DNA of 64,000 nucleotides, taken from the NCBI GenBank assembly GCA_040414495.1, contig JBEDUI010000071.1:425-64424 (forward strand), written 5' to 3'. Below, in pieces: positions 1-10,070 of this stretch. The notes beneath the pieces were generated by a model. The model had not been told where the DNA came from, did no database searches, and saw only the letters and a list, made by a program, of their open reading frames with translations. The translations under genes were made by a program, and so were the position numbers. Origin of the DNA: Mycobacteriales bacterium. Its GTDB lineage: Bacteria; Actinomycetota; Actinomycetes; Mycobacteriales; QHCD01. Within the stretch, counting starts at the first letter, position 1. The number at the start of each line of letters is the position of its first letter.

Positions 1-4
1 CGGC

Positions 5-1191
5 ATGACCGAGGCGGCCAGCCAGATCACGGTCTTCATGAGCCGCCGGCCCTACCTACCACCGCAGCTGGACCTGATCCGCGCGGTGACGTTCAGCTGC
101 GTCGTACTCGTACACGTACTGCTCTACACCGCGCTGCCCACCAGCATCCCGGCGTACGCGATGGTCCAGTTGCTGCATTTCACCCGCGAAACCTTTTTCG
201 CGCTGACCGCGTTCGTACTGTGCTACACCCAGTACGGAAAACTTTTGCAACCCTGGCGATTCCGGGCCCGCCGCTACGCGCTGGTCCTGCCGGCATATGT
301 ATTGTGGAATGTGCTGTACACGATCGCGACCGAGATCTCGACGCACGGCAGCACGGGAACGTTCACGAAAAACTTGCTGCACAATATCGGCACCGGCTAT
401 TGGCATCTGTATTTTGTCTTCGTGATGATGCAGTTGTATTTGATGTTTCCGCTGCTGTGGTGGCTGGTACGTAAAACGCAGGGTCATCACCTGCTGCTGT
501 TGGTAGGCAGCCTGGCGTTCGAGCTGGTCCTGATGGCGTACCTGCGGTACGACTGGCCCACCGGCGGCGTGTTCTCGTATCTGCGGGAGATGTGCCGTAG
601 CAACCGCTTTCTGCTGCCGTATCAGGGGTACATCATTGCCGGCGCGCTCGCGGCTGTCCACATTGAACAGTTCCACGCGTGGATACGGCGTTCTCCCAAA
701 ATGGTGGGCATTGGTGTGGCCGGGGCGGCCGGAATGACCCTGGCAGTCTATTTCCAGCGGCTCGGCGATGGCGCGTCGCCGGGCACGGCGCGGACATATT
801 CCAACCAGTGATGGTGCTGTGGAATCTGGCCGCGGTGGTCGGACTGTATCTGCTGGGTGTCCGGTGGAACGAGCGGGCTACGGCCCGCGGGCGCGCGGCC
901 ATGCGCTGGGGTTCGGATGTCTCGTTCGGCGTCTATCTGGCTCATCCGATGGTGCTGTTCTATCTGCTGCCGGCATTGCAGCTGAGCCAGGGACCGCGCT
1001 CGGTCGGCCAACCCTGGGACACCCTGTTTTCGCTGGCCCTCACGCTGGGCCTGGCCACCGCGTTCAGCGCGCTGGCGCAGCACACCCCGCTGGCGAAAGC
1101 GCTGACCGGGCGAGCCGGCAACCCATTCCCGCACCGGTATCACCGCCCGGTCAACCCGCGAAATCAACCCGGGCACCAACCCACGGGCTGA
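5..1191 (+). pseudogene. Acyltransferase family 3 (OafA/YrhL-like) membrane protein, split by a 1-nt frameshift (or sequencing error)
   Basis: LDLIRAVT..VVLVH and YWHLYF motifs in ORF 5..811; C-terminal SFGVYLAHP motif in overlapping ORF 679..1191; adding one base near 771-792 gives a ~395-aa protein. Confidence 0.75.
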
Positions 1192-1225
1192 CGTTTCGCG
1201 GGTCGGGATCTGGGACGCTGCAACC

Positions 1226-2437
1226 ATGACAGGCACCGAGTCCGCCCGGGTCCGGGCCGCCCAGTCCCGGACCCGCGAACGCCGCAGCCAGCGGATGTCC
1301 CGGCTGGAACCGCTGGGCTGGGCGACCATCATCGTCGTCGTGGCCTCCGCCCTCACCTCGAAGCCGACCGCTTCCGGGCACGGCACCGGCTTGGCGGTGA
1401 CGATCGCCTTGGGCGTCTACGTACTGTCCCTGATTGCTGCCATCTACATCGCCAACAGCGACGCCGCCATGGGATGGCAGGTCGCCGTGACCGTGCTGCT
1501 CGGTGCCAGTGGAATCGTGATGGCCGCGTTGCAGCCCAGCGGTGCGTCAGTGATCGGACCCAGCGTCGCCGTGTGGCTGGCTACGATACGGCTCCGCCCG
1601 CCAGTCTTGGCCTGGGGTCTGGCCGGCGCGATCACCGCAGCGCTGGCGGTGGCCGAGGCGACCGCGGTGCACGCCATCGCCGAAGCGGTCGCCGCCTCAG
1701 TCCTGCTGTGCCTTGTGCTGGGGATGATGGGCCACTTCGTACGGCGCTCGCACGAGAGCGAGGAACGGGCCGAGATCCTGTTGGCACAGCTGCAGGATGC
1801 CCGCGAAGCCGAAGCCGAAGCGGCCGTCGTTGCCGAGCGGGGTCGTATCGCCGGCGAATTGCACGACGTGTTAGCGCATTCCCTGTCCGGGCTGGCGATC
1901 CAAATCGAGGGAGCCCGGATGCTGGCCGAGCGGGAGCAGGTCAGTCCGCGGTTGCGCCAGACCATCGGTCGGTCGGCCGAGTTGGTGAAGGACGGTTTGC
2001 GTGAGGCCAAACAGGCCGTCGGCGCACTGCGGGGTGAGGCCATGCCTGGCCTCGACGGCCTGCCCGCCCTGGTGGACCAGTTCGGCCGGGACGCCAATAT
2101 CCGGGTCGATGTGGTGATGGAAGGTACGGCCCGCACGCTGCCGCGAGAGGCCGAGGTCGCGCTCTACCGCGGGGCGCAGGAGGCGTTGACCAACGTGGCC
2201 CGGTACGCCCCGGGGACGACCGCGACGGTCCAACTTTCGTACGACATCGATACGGTCAGGTTGATCATCGAGGACACCGGACCGGCCGCGGATGTCGAGC
2301 GGCCGGCCAGCCTGGCCGGCGCGGGAGGCGGGAACGGGCTCGCCGCGATGCGGGAACGGGTCGAAGCGGTCGGCGGTAGCCTGCACGCCGGGCCGGTCTC
2401 GGACGGGTGGCGCGTAAAGCTGGAGGTGCCGGCATGA
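1226..2437 (+). CDS. Membrane sensor histidine kinase (HisKA_3, NarX/DesK-like)
   Basis: Several TM helices, ERGRIAGELHDVLAHSL H-box, QEALTNV N-box, GGGNGLAAMRER G-box. Confidence 0.92.
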   Translation: MTGTESARVRAAQSRTRERRSQRMSRLEPLGWATIIVVVASALTSKPTASGHGTGLAVTIALGVYVLSLIAAIYIANSDAAMGWQVAVTVLLGASGIVMAALQPSGASVIGPSVAVWLATIRLRPPVLAWGLAGAITAALAVAEATAVHAIAEAVAASVLLCLVLGMMGHFVRRSHESEERAEILLAQLQDAREAEAEAAVVAERGRIAGELHDVLAHSLSGLAIQIEGARMLAEREQVSPRLRQTIGRSAELVKDGLREAKQAVGALRGEAMPGLDGLPALVDQFGRDANIRVDVVMEGTARTLPREAEVALYRGAQEALTNVARYAPGTTATVQLSYDIDTVRLIIEDTGPAADVERPASLAGAGGGNGLAAMRERVEAVGGSLHAGPVSDGWRVKLEVPA

Positions 2438-3096
2438 CGGTCAAGGTGCTCATCGCCGACGACCAGCGGGTCGTGCGCGAGGGCCTGGCCATGCTGGTCG
2501 GTCTGATCGACGGGATCGAGGTCGTCGGTGCGGCGGCCGATGGCGCCGAGGCGGTCCAGCTGGCCCGATCGATCCGGCCCGACGTGGTGTTGATGGACCT
2601 GCGGATGCCCGGCCTGGACGGGGTCGGGGCGACGACCGCTCTGCATGAGGAGCTGCCTTCGGTCCGGGTTTTGGTGCTCACCACGTACGCCGACGAGCAG
2701 TCGATCATGCCGGCGTTGCGGGCGGGCGCGGCCGGGTACCTGACCAAGGACGCCAGCGCCGAACAGATCGAAGCCGCGATCCGGGCCGTACACGCCGGGC
2801 AGACGCACCTCGACCCGGCTGTGCAGGAACAGTTGGTCAGCGCCGTACTGAACCAACCTTCGGCGCCGGTGGTCGAGCCGGTCGACGGGCTCACCTCCCG
2901 CGAAGCCGAGGTGCTCAGCCTGATCGCCGCCGGCCTGTCCAACACCGAGATCGGCGAACGGCTGGTGCTCAGCAACGCGACGGTCAAGACGCACATCAAC
3001 CGGATCTTCGCCAAGGTCGGAGCGCGCGACCGGGCCCAGGCCGTTCGTTACGCCTACCAGCACGGCCTGGCCACCCCGCCGAATCAAGGGGCCTGA
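2434..3096 (+). CDS. NarL/LuxR-family response regulator
   Basis: VLIADD, DVVLMDLRMP receiver; LTSREAEVL..GLSN.EI..L.LS.ATVKTH HTH; ATGA overlap with kinase. Confidence 0.95.
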   Translation: MTVKVLIADDQRVVREGLAMLVGLIDGIEVVGAAADGAEAVQLARSIRPDVVLMDLRMPGLDGVGATTALHEELPSVRVLVLTTYADEQSIMPALRAGAAGYLTKDASAEQIEAAIRAVHAGQTHLDPAVQEQLVSAVLNQPSAPVVEPVDGLTSREAEVLSLIAAGLSNTEIGERLVLSNATVKTHINRIFAKVGARDRAQAVRYAYQHGLATPPNQGA

Positions 3097-3137
3097 CCAC
3101 ATCGCTGGGCGACTGCCGTCTCTCACCCCTCACGCAA

Positions 3138-3211
3138 TGTTGATCATGAAGTTTGCTGCGCGACACGCCGATGACACGCCGAGAATTTCGTCGGGAACTT
3201 CATGATCAACA
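3138..3211. repeat. 74-bp palindromic intergenic element, copy 1 (REP/MITE-like)
   Basis: Perfect 16-bp inverted arms TGTTGATCATGAAGTT / AACTTCATGATCAACA around a 42-bp spacer; second copy at 59423-59496. Confidence 0.9.
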
Positions 3212-3248
3212 ATCGCAGGGTCGGCGCCCATCAAGGCGAGTCGACCGG

Positions 3249-4343
3249 TCAGGGCAGCCAGCGTTGCAGGTAATCCAGCCAGTGCGACCAGTCCTCTGTG
3301 GTCACGCTGTGCCCGCCGGTACGCAGATACGAACCGAGCCGGCCCGAGCTCACCCCGGGCTGTTCGCTCAGTCCGTCCAGGCCGGAACCCGCCATCATCC
3401 GGTACACCGGATCGGCCCCGCGCAGCATGTCCCGCTGACCGGGCGGGTCGGCCCACAGATCCTCGGTGCCGTTGGAGAGCAGCACCGGCCGCGGCGCGCA
3501 CAATGCCAGCAACTCGTGCTGATCCACCGGCAGATCGGCCACATTGCTACCGGCAGCGGCGTATGCGCCACAGAACCAGTGTGGGAACCGGCTCGTGATC
3601 GCGGCGACGCTCTCGCTGTGCGCGGCGGCCCACTCCGATTGCCGGGACGGGGCCGCGCCACCGCAGCCGGACTGGGCCGGGATGACCGCCGCGAACCGTT
3701 CGTCGAACGCGGCCGCCAGCAACGCCGTCTTGCCCAGCCGGGAATGCCCGGTCACCGCGATCCGAGCCGGGTCGACCTGCCCGTCGGCAACGATCAACTC
3801 CAACGCCCGCGACGCCGTCCAGGCCCAGGCCATCAACGTCGCCGTGCCGGCCTCGCCCTCGCGGTACGTCGGCCACAACTGCGCGAGCCGGGCCGCGGCT
3901 GGTTCGGCATCATCGGGCACAACGTCGCCAACGCAGACGGTCGCGTACGCCCAACCCCGCGCCAGCGCCTCCTCCGCGCCGATCAGCCGCCGCCCGTTCA
4001 CCGACTCGAACACCGCGCGGTTGCCGAGCAGATTCAGCACCAACACGCAACCCGGTGGTCTTTCACTTTCCGACGGCAGCAGGAGCAACACCGAAACCGT
4101 GCAGTCCTCGTACCGCTGGAAAAGCTCGCGCCCGTTACCGTCAGCCGGGCGAACGGTCGGTGCCGGCGTGCTGCGTGGATCCGGCGGGCGATATCCGTAG
4201 ACATGCCGTTCGAACAGGCCCAGCAACTCGGTACGCCGGGCCGACCAACCCTCGAAATCGCCTACCGGCCGGCCGTCGCCATCAATCAACGGATCGGGAA
4301 ACCCGCTCAGCTCCGCGGAAGCAGCCACCATCAGTCCCTCCAT
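3249..4343 (-). CDS. CE15 glucuronoyl esterase-like alpha/beta hydrolase
   Basis: AWAW..SRA, GHSRLGK nucleophile motif, AAAFDERF, SGCGG, LPVDQHELLAL.APRP, D.WADP, GGH. Confidence 0.85.
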   Translation of the reverse strand: MEGLMVAASAELSGFPDPLIDGDGRPVGDFEGWSARRTELLGLFERHVYGYRPPDPRSTPAPTVRPADGNGRELFQRYEDCTVSVLLLLPSESERPPGCVLVLNLLGNRAVFESVNGRRLIGAEEALARGWAYATVCVGDVVPDDAEPAAARLAQLWPTYREGEAGTATLMAWAWTASRALELIVADGQVDPARIAVTGHSRLGKTALLAAAFDERFAAVIPAQSGCGGAAPSRQSEWAAAHSESVAAITSRFPHWFCGAYAAAGSNVADLPVDQHELLALCAPRPVLLSNGTEDLWADPPGQRDMLRGADPVYRMMAGSGLDGLSEQPGVSSGRLGSYLRTGGHSVTTEDWSHWLDYLQRWLP

Positions 4344-4367
4344 TTGACGCTCGCGGGCAATAATTCC

Positions 4368-4928
4368 CTACGGACGGCCGGTCCGGAAGATGCGAAGGTC
4401 GGCCGGTACCAGGCTGTACAGCAGGAGATCGGTTCGACCGCCGTGAATAATGCCGGCATTTCGCTTCGTGCCTTCCAGAACAAAGCCCGATTTTTCGGCG
4501 ACACGTTGCGAGGCGATATTCTTCACTGCGGCAACAAGCTCGATACGTTCGAAGCCCTGCTCTCGGATCGCCCAACCAGTCAGTTGCAGCACGGCGTCCG
4601 AGGCGATTCCCCGGCCGGTTGCCCACGGCGAAACCCAATAGCCCACCTCGGTGGTACGGCTTCGCCAGTCGGTCCGCTTCAAGCTGATACAGCCGATGCA
4701 GTCGTCGCCGTCGGTAATGGCCAGATGAATGCCGTCGCCGGCGACACGCAGCGCCTCAGCCTGGTTCAGACACCAGTCGGTGGCGTGTTCGGCCGTATAT
4801 GGCCGCGGTAAGGGCAACCAACGCTGAACCGACTCATCCGAGCACGACCGCGCTACTGAATCGATGTCGCCATTGTGAAACGGCCGTAGCTGCGCCGTCG
4901 CGCCGGACAGTTCGATCAGAGGAAACAT
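4368..4928 (-). CDS. GNAT N-acetyltransferase (RimJ/RimL family)
   Basis: EVGYWV.P.A.GRGIA, N.ASQRVAEK.GF..EG; TAATG coupling to helicase stop. Confidence 0.9.
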   Translation of the reverse strand: MFPLIELSGATAQLRPFHNGDIDSVARSCSDESVQRWLPLPRPYTAEHATDWCLNQAEALRVAGDGIHLAITDGDDCIGCISLKRTDWRSRTTEVGYWVSPWATGRGIASDAVLQLTGWAIREQGFERIELVAAVKNIASQRVAEKSGFVLEGTKRNAGIIHGGRTDLLLYSLVPADLRIFRTGRP

Positions 4929-7438
4929 TACAGCTGGCCGACATCGGTAATTGTGACGACCGCGGTGCCGATCTGATCGGATGCGGCCAGGTCGACCTCG
5001 GCGCTGATGCCCCAGTCGTGGTCGCCGGCCGGGTCGTCGAAGATCTGGCGCACCACCCATTTTCCGGGCTGTTGGTCGATGATCAGCAACGCCGGGCCGC
5101 GAGCGTCCGCGCCGGTGCCAATCTCGTCGTATTCGGCGAAATACGGTTCGATCGCGTCGGCCCAGGCCTGCGCGTCCCAACCCGTATCCGAATCCAGTTC
5201 ACCCAATTCGGCATACCGACGACGGGCGGCCAGTTCGACCCGGCGGAACAACGCATTGCGGACCAGCACCCGGAACGCGCGCTTGTTCGCCGTCACCGCG
5301 GGCGGTTTCTCCTCCAGCGGTGTGCTCGAAACAACCTCGGCCGGGTTACGCAACGCCTCCCATTCCTCCAGCAGGCTCGAGTCGATCTGCCGAACCGTCT
5401 CGCCCAGCCATTCGGTGATGTCGTCGATTTCCTCGGTTTTCGCTTCCTCCGGCACCGTCTGTTTCAACGCCTTGTACGCATCAGCGAGATAACGCAGCAC
5501 CAGGCCTTCGGAGCGGGCCAGCCGGTAAAACGAAATGTAGTCGGCGAATGTCATCGCCTCCTCGTACATTTCCCGCGCCACCGATTTCGGCGCCAACTCG
5601 TAGTCGGCGATCCACGGGTGACCGCGCCGGTAGATCTCGTACGCTCCCTCGAGCAGTTCGGCCAACGGCTGTGGATACGTGATCTCCTCCAGCCGCTCCA
5701 TGCGTTCCTCGTACTCGATCCCGTCGGCCTTCATTTGCGCAACCGCGTCGCCTTTGGCCCGGGACAATTGCGCGGACAGCACCTGGCGTGGGTTTTCCAA
5801 TGTGGACTCGATGACCGACAGCACGTCCAAGGCGTATGTCGGCGATTCGGAATCCAGCAGTTCGATCGCGGCCAGGGCGAACGGCGAAAGCGGCTGGTTC
5901 AGCGCGAAATCCAGCTGCAGATCGCTCGGAACCCGTACGATCCGGCCCAACTCGTCCGGCTCGTCCAGCCGTTCCACGACACCGGCGGCCAGCAACGCCC
6001 GGTAGATCGCGATCGCCCGCCGGATATGGCGGATCTGGGCCGACCGGTCCTCGTGATTGTCGGTCAGCAGCGAGCGCATCGCCTCGAACGCGTTGCCCGG
6101 TCGGTTGATCACGCCGAGCAGCATCGAATGGCTGACCTCGAAGCTGGAGGTCAACGCCTCCGGCGGCGCGTCGACCAGCCGCTCGAACGTCGGCTTACCC
6201 CACGACACGAAACCCTCCGGCGGCTTTTTCCGTACCACCTTGCGTTTCTTTTTCGGATCGCCGGCCTTGATCAGCGCCTTTTCGTTCTCGATGACATGTT
6301 CGGGCGCCTGTACGACGACGTTGCCGACGGTGTCGTATCCGGCCCGTCCGGCCCGGCCGGCGATTTGATGAAATTCGCGCGCCTTGAGCAAGCGGGTCCG
6401 CTCACCGTCGTATTTGGACAGTGCGGTGAACACGACCGTCCTAATAGGAACGTTGATACCGACCCCGAGCGTGTCGGTGCCGCAGATGACCTTGAGCAGA
6501 CCCTCCTGCGCTAAGAGTTCGACCAGCCGCCGGTATTTCGGCAGCATTCCGGCGTGATGCACGCCGATGCCGTGCCGGACCAAACGGGAGAGCGTATTGC
6601 CAAAGCCGGCCGCGAATCGGAAACCGCCAATGAGCTCCGCGATGGCCTGCTTCTCCTCGCGGGTGCAGACGTTGATGCTCATCAGCGCCTGGGCCCGTTC
6701 GATCGCGGCGGCCTGGGTGAAGTGCACGACGTAAATCGGCGCCTCGTGGCTTTGCAGCAGATCGGTCAATGTCTCGTGCAGCGGTGTCATCGCGAACGAG
6801 AAATGCAGCGGCACCGGACGCTCGCCCGAGGCCACCACCGCCGTACTGCGCCCGGTTCGCCGGGTCAGGTCCTTCTCGAACCGGCTGACATCCCCGAGCG
6901 TCGCCGACATGAGAACGAACTGCACGTCCGGCAACTCCAGCAACGGCACCTGCCAGGCCCAGCCGCGCTCGGGTTCGGCATAGAAGTGGAACTCGTCCAT
7001 CACGACTTGACCCACGTCAGCCGCGGCGCCCTCGCGCAGGGCCATGTTGGCCAGGATCTCGGCGGTGCAACAGATGATCGGCGCGCCGGCGTTGACCGCG
7101 CTGTCGCCGGTCATCATGCCGACGTTCTCCGGGCCGAACGTGTCGCACAACGCGAAGAACTTCTCCGACACCAGGGCCTTGATCGGCGCGGTGTAGAAGC
7201 TGCGCCGGCCCTGAGCCATCGCCACGAAATGCGCACCGGTGGCGACCAGGCTCTTCCCCGATCCGGTCGGAGTGGACAGGATGACGTTGGAGCCGGAGAC
7301 CACCTCGATCAGTGCCTCGGTCTGCGCCGGGTAGAGCTCGAAGCCAGCATCACTGGCCCAACTGGCGAATGCGTCGAAGAGAGCGTCGGGGTCGGGGTCG
7401 GCCGGCAACCGGTCGACAAGCGTGGCGCGATCAGTCAT
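4928..7438 (-). CDS. Ski2-like SF2 helicase with DUF3516 C-terminus
   Basis: TPTGSGKS Walker A, DEFH, MSAT, GIGVHHAG, QIAGRAGR; C-terminal DPAGDHDWGI. Confidence 0.92.
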   Translation of the reverse strand: MTDRATLVDRLPADPDPDALFDAFASWASDAGFELYPAQTEALIEVVSGSNVILSTPTGSGKSLVATGAHFVAMAQGRRSFYTAPIKALVSEKFFALCDTFGPENVGMMTGDSAVNAGAPIICCTAEILANMALREGAAADVGQVVMDEFHFYAEPERGWAWQVPLLELPDVQFVLMSATLGDVSRFEKDLTRRTGRSTAVVASGERPVPLHFSFAMTPLHETLTDLLQSHEAPIYVVHFTQAAAIERAQALMSINVCTREEKQAIAELIGGFRFAAGFGNTLSRLVRHGIGVHHAGMLPKYRRLVELLAQEGLLKVICGTDTLGVGINVPIRTVVFTALSKYDGERTRLLKAREFHQIAGRAGRAGYDTVGNVVVQAPEHVIENEKALIKAGDPKKKRKVVRKKPPEGFVSWGKPTFERLVDAPPEALTSSFEVSHSMLLGVINRPGNAFEAMRSLLTDNHEDRSAQIRHIRRAIAIYRALLAAGVVERLDEPDELGRIVRVPSDLQLDFALNQPLSPFALAAIELLDSESPTYALDVLSVIESTLENPRQVLSAQLSRAKGDAVAQMKADGIEYEERMERLEEITYPQPLAELLEGAYEIYRRGHPWIADYELAPKSVAREMYEEAMTFADYISFYRLARSEGLVLRYLADAYKALKQTVPEEAKTEEIDDITEWLGETVRQIDSSLLEEWEALRNPAEVVSSTPLEEKPPAVTANKRAFRVLVRNALFRRVELAARRRYAELGELDSDTGWDAQAWADAIEPYFAEYDEIGTGADARGPALLIIDQQPGKWVVRQIFDDPAGDHDWGISAEVDLAASDQIGTAVVTITDVGQL

Positions 7439-7490
7439 GGTCCTTCGATCGTGCCAATCCCAGGCCCGCCACGTCGAGCCGGGCCTCCTA

Positions 7491-8720
7491 TCAACGTCGT
7501 CGGCGCCGGTTCGCGTACGGCGACCAGCGCGGCACCCAGCGGCCCAACGCCAACGCCGCCGCGATGCCGATCCCGCCCATCGCCACCACTCCGGCGGCCA
7601 GCGACCCCAACGCGGCGGCGGCGGAGACCACGACCGGTCCGCTGGCGTTGCCGGTGTCGGCGCACACCCGCCAGATGCCGAGGAACTGGGAGCGGGCACC
7701 CGGCGGGGCGACGTCGGCGCCGAGGGTCATGAGGATGCCGCTGCCGATCCCGTTGCCGAAGCCGAGCATCATCGCCACGCAGATCAACGTCGGCAGCGAC
7801 CGGGTCAACGGAAGCAGTAGGAACCCTCCGGCCAGCACCAGCATCGACGGGATCGCCACCCACAGCCGCCCGGCGACGTCCATCACCTTGCCCGAGGGAT
7901 AGAACAGCAGCATGTCGACGGCGCCGGCGATGCCGAAGATGAGACTGGTGGTCGACGCTGACATGTGCAGGTGGTCCGACCACAACGGCAGTACGGTCTG
8001 CCGGGCACCCCGCACCGCGCTCACCATCAGCGCGGCCGCGCCCAACGTGCGGAACACCGCGCCGTGGCTGGCGATCACGGCCCGGAACGAGACCGGGGTC
8101 CCGCTCCGCGGCACCGCGCCGTCCTGGGTCGGTACGTCCGGGAAGGCCAGCAACGCGCCGCCGGCCAGCACCGAGGTGGCCACCGCCAGCCAGAACGCGC
8201 CCTGCACCGACGTACCGCGCAGCACCAGCGCACCCAGGAACGGCCCGATGAACGCCCCCACCCGCGCCGTACCGCCCAATGTGGACAGTGCCCGGGCGCG
8301 CAGCCGGTGCGGAATGACCTCGGTCAAATAGGACTGACGGGCCAACGAAAAAACCGCATTGGTCATGCCGGTGAGCGCGACGCTGACGCCCAACAGCCAG
8401 ACCTGACGGGTCAACGCGCAACCGATCAACGTGATGATCGCGAGCCCGGCCGCGACCATCATGGCCCGCCGGTCCCCGATCCGGGCCGCCAGCGCACCGG
8501 CCGGGATATCGCCCAGGATCTGACCGATTCCCAACATCGCCAACAACAGGCTGGCCACGCCGACCGACGCGCCCAGATGGCGACCGGAAAGCGCGATGAT
8601 CGGCGTGATGGCGCCCTGACCGATTTCGAAGATCAGGGTCGGCAGAAAGACAGCGGGGGCGATTCTACGTAGCGAAATCTGCTCTGTCGGTTCGGCGGCA
8701 GGTTCGCTGGAAGTTGTCAT
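7491..8720 (-). CDS. MFS transporter
   Basis: ~12 hydrophobic segments, GALAARIGDRR and GKVMDVAGR loop motifs. Confidence 0.85.
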   Translation of the reverse strand: MTTSSEPAAEPTEQISLRRIAPAVFLPTLIFEIGQGAITPIIALSGRHLGASVGVASLLLAMLGIGQILGDIPAGALAARIGDRRAMMVAAGLAIITLIGCALTRQVWLLGVSVALTGMTNAVFSLARQSYLTEVIPHRLRARALSTLGGTARVGAFIGPFLGALVLRGTSVQGAFWLAVATSVLAGGALLAFPDVPTQDGAVPRSGTPVSFRAVIASHGAVFRTLGAAALMVSAVRGARQTVLPLWSDHLHMSASTTSLIFGIAGAVDMLLFYPSGKVMDVAGRLWVAIPSMLVLAGGFLLLPLTRSLPTLICVAMMLGFGNGIGSGILMTLGADVAPPGARSQFLGIWRVCADTGNASGPVVVSAAAALGSLAAGVVAMGGIGIAAALALGRWVPRWSPYANRRRRR

Positions 8721-8769
8721 CGCTCAGCAATTGTCTCCCAGGCAGATCGCCCTCCTCGCGTGTTCTCGA

Positions 8770-9807
8770 TCACTGCAGGGCGCGGGCGAGGAATGGCAAA
8801 CCCGCCCGTCCGCAGAACTCGTGCTCACCGGGATGCTGCTCGAAACCGAATTGGTCACCCGCGCCGAGCGTCGTATAGATGCGTTGCACCTTGTCGGCCG
8901 CGATCCGCGCCGCCGCCACCGGGAAGATCGGATCCCGTTCGCCGAATTCGGCGAAGAATGGCCGCGGCGCGATCAGGCCGGCCACGTCGTACATCTCGCA
9001 CCAGTCGAGAATCCCGGGAATGTAGTTGTCCACGCAGTGCGAAAGACTGACGATGCTGTCCCGGAACGTATTGAGGTAACCGCTCACCATCGCCGCCTGA
9101 ATACGGTGATCCAGCGCCGCGGCAAGGAGCGTGCAGGTGCCGCCGCCGGAGATCCCCATGCAGCCAATTCGGCCGCTGTCCAATTCCGGGCGGGTACCGA
9201 TCCAGTCGATCGTGCGCATGACGTCGTGCACCCGCCAGGCCGCCATCGTCTGGCCGAACAACAAGGCGGCCGCCGCCACCGGCTGGCACGCACTGGCCTC
9301 TGGTCCGTTGGCGGCCGAACGGGCATCCCGGCGGTGACCGAACCCCATCGGCTCGATCGCGACCGCGGCCATGCCGTGCTCGACCGCCTGGATCGCGAAG
9401 TCGTAGGAGTACCCGCCCTTCTCGCTCCGTTGGGTGCCATCGGCTTGCAGGCCGACGATGTCATCGACGCCGCGGCCGTGCCCCGGGACGCAGATCATGA
9501 CCGGATACGGCGGCTGCGTCTTTGGGGTCAGCAGGTAGCCCGGCACCCGCTCGCCCGGTCTGCTCTGCAGGCTGATCTCCTGCCGTACATACGCCGGGAA
9601 TTCTTGGACCGCGCCGAGCCGGGGCGCCAGGTCGTCGGCCGCCACCGGTATCCCGCCGAGCAACTCGGTCAATCTCTTACGCAACGTCCGCTGCCAAGCC
9701 CGCGCCTGCTCTTCGCCTTGCGCGTCGAATGTCAACTGCAGCCTGGCATTGGCGTAGAGCCGGTTGATCCGGTCCATCGGATCCAGACCACTCTTCGTGT
9801 CTGTCAT
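8770..9807 (-). CDS. Alpha/beta hydrolase (abhydrolase_7 / acetyl-xylan-esterase-like)
   Basis: PGHG, GISGGG nucleophile elbow, LIAPRP, D.IFP, GEH. Confidence 0.8.
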   Translation of the reverse strand: MTDTKSGLDPMDRINRLYANARLQLTFDAQGEEQARAWQRTLRKRLTELLGGIPVAADDLAPRLGAVQEFPAYVRQEISLQSRPGERVPGYLLTPKTQPPYPVMICVPGHGRGVDDIVGLQADGTQRSEKGGYSYDFAIQAVEHGMAAVAIEPMGFGHRRDARSAANGPEASACQPVAAAALLFGQTMAAWRVHDVMRTIDWIGTRPELDSGRIGCMGISGGGTCTLLAAALDHRIQAAMVSGYLNTFRDSIVSLSHCVDNYIPGILDWCEMYDVAGLIAPRPFFAEFGERDPIFPVAAARIAADKVQRIYTTLGAGDQFGFEQHPGEHEFCGRAGLPFLARALQ

Positions 9808-10043
9808 CGAGTCGGGTCCTCCTGGGGGTCAACCCACAATATCTGGCTGTCACATAACAAGGCGCGACCGGTTCCGGAATCCGACCTTGCGTTTTCCGCT
9901 GCGGCGGAAATGTTCCGATAATCTTGTTTTCATTGCCGTTGACTAACTACGACACCGTGCCGTACCCGAATTGTTCGAACGAATAAACAACGGTCCGCGG
10001 AATAAAAAGCTTGCGCTTCCTTGGGGGAAAATGGTGAACTTCC

Positions 10044-10057
10044 GGAAAGCGCATTCA
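10044..10057. promoter_or_regulatory. Putative LacI-type operator
   Basis: GGAAAGCGCATTCA, CG-centred imperfect palindrome just upstream of the LacI gene. Confidence 0.5.
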
Positions 10058-10070
10058 TCGCCCGCCGGAG

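Noticed and set aside
3153-6514. Long plus-strand ORFs 3153..4811 and 4799..6514
   Set aside because: Antisense shadows of the CE15, GNAT and helicase genes; no recognisable motifs; expected from high-GC codon bias.
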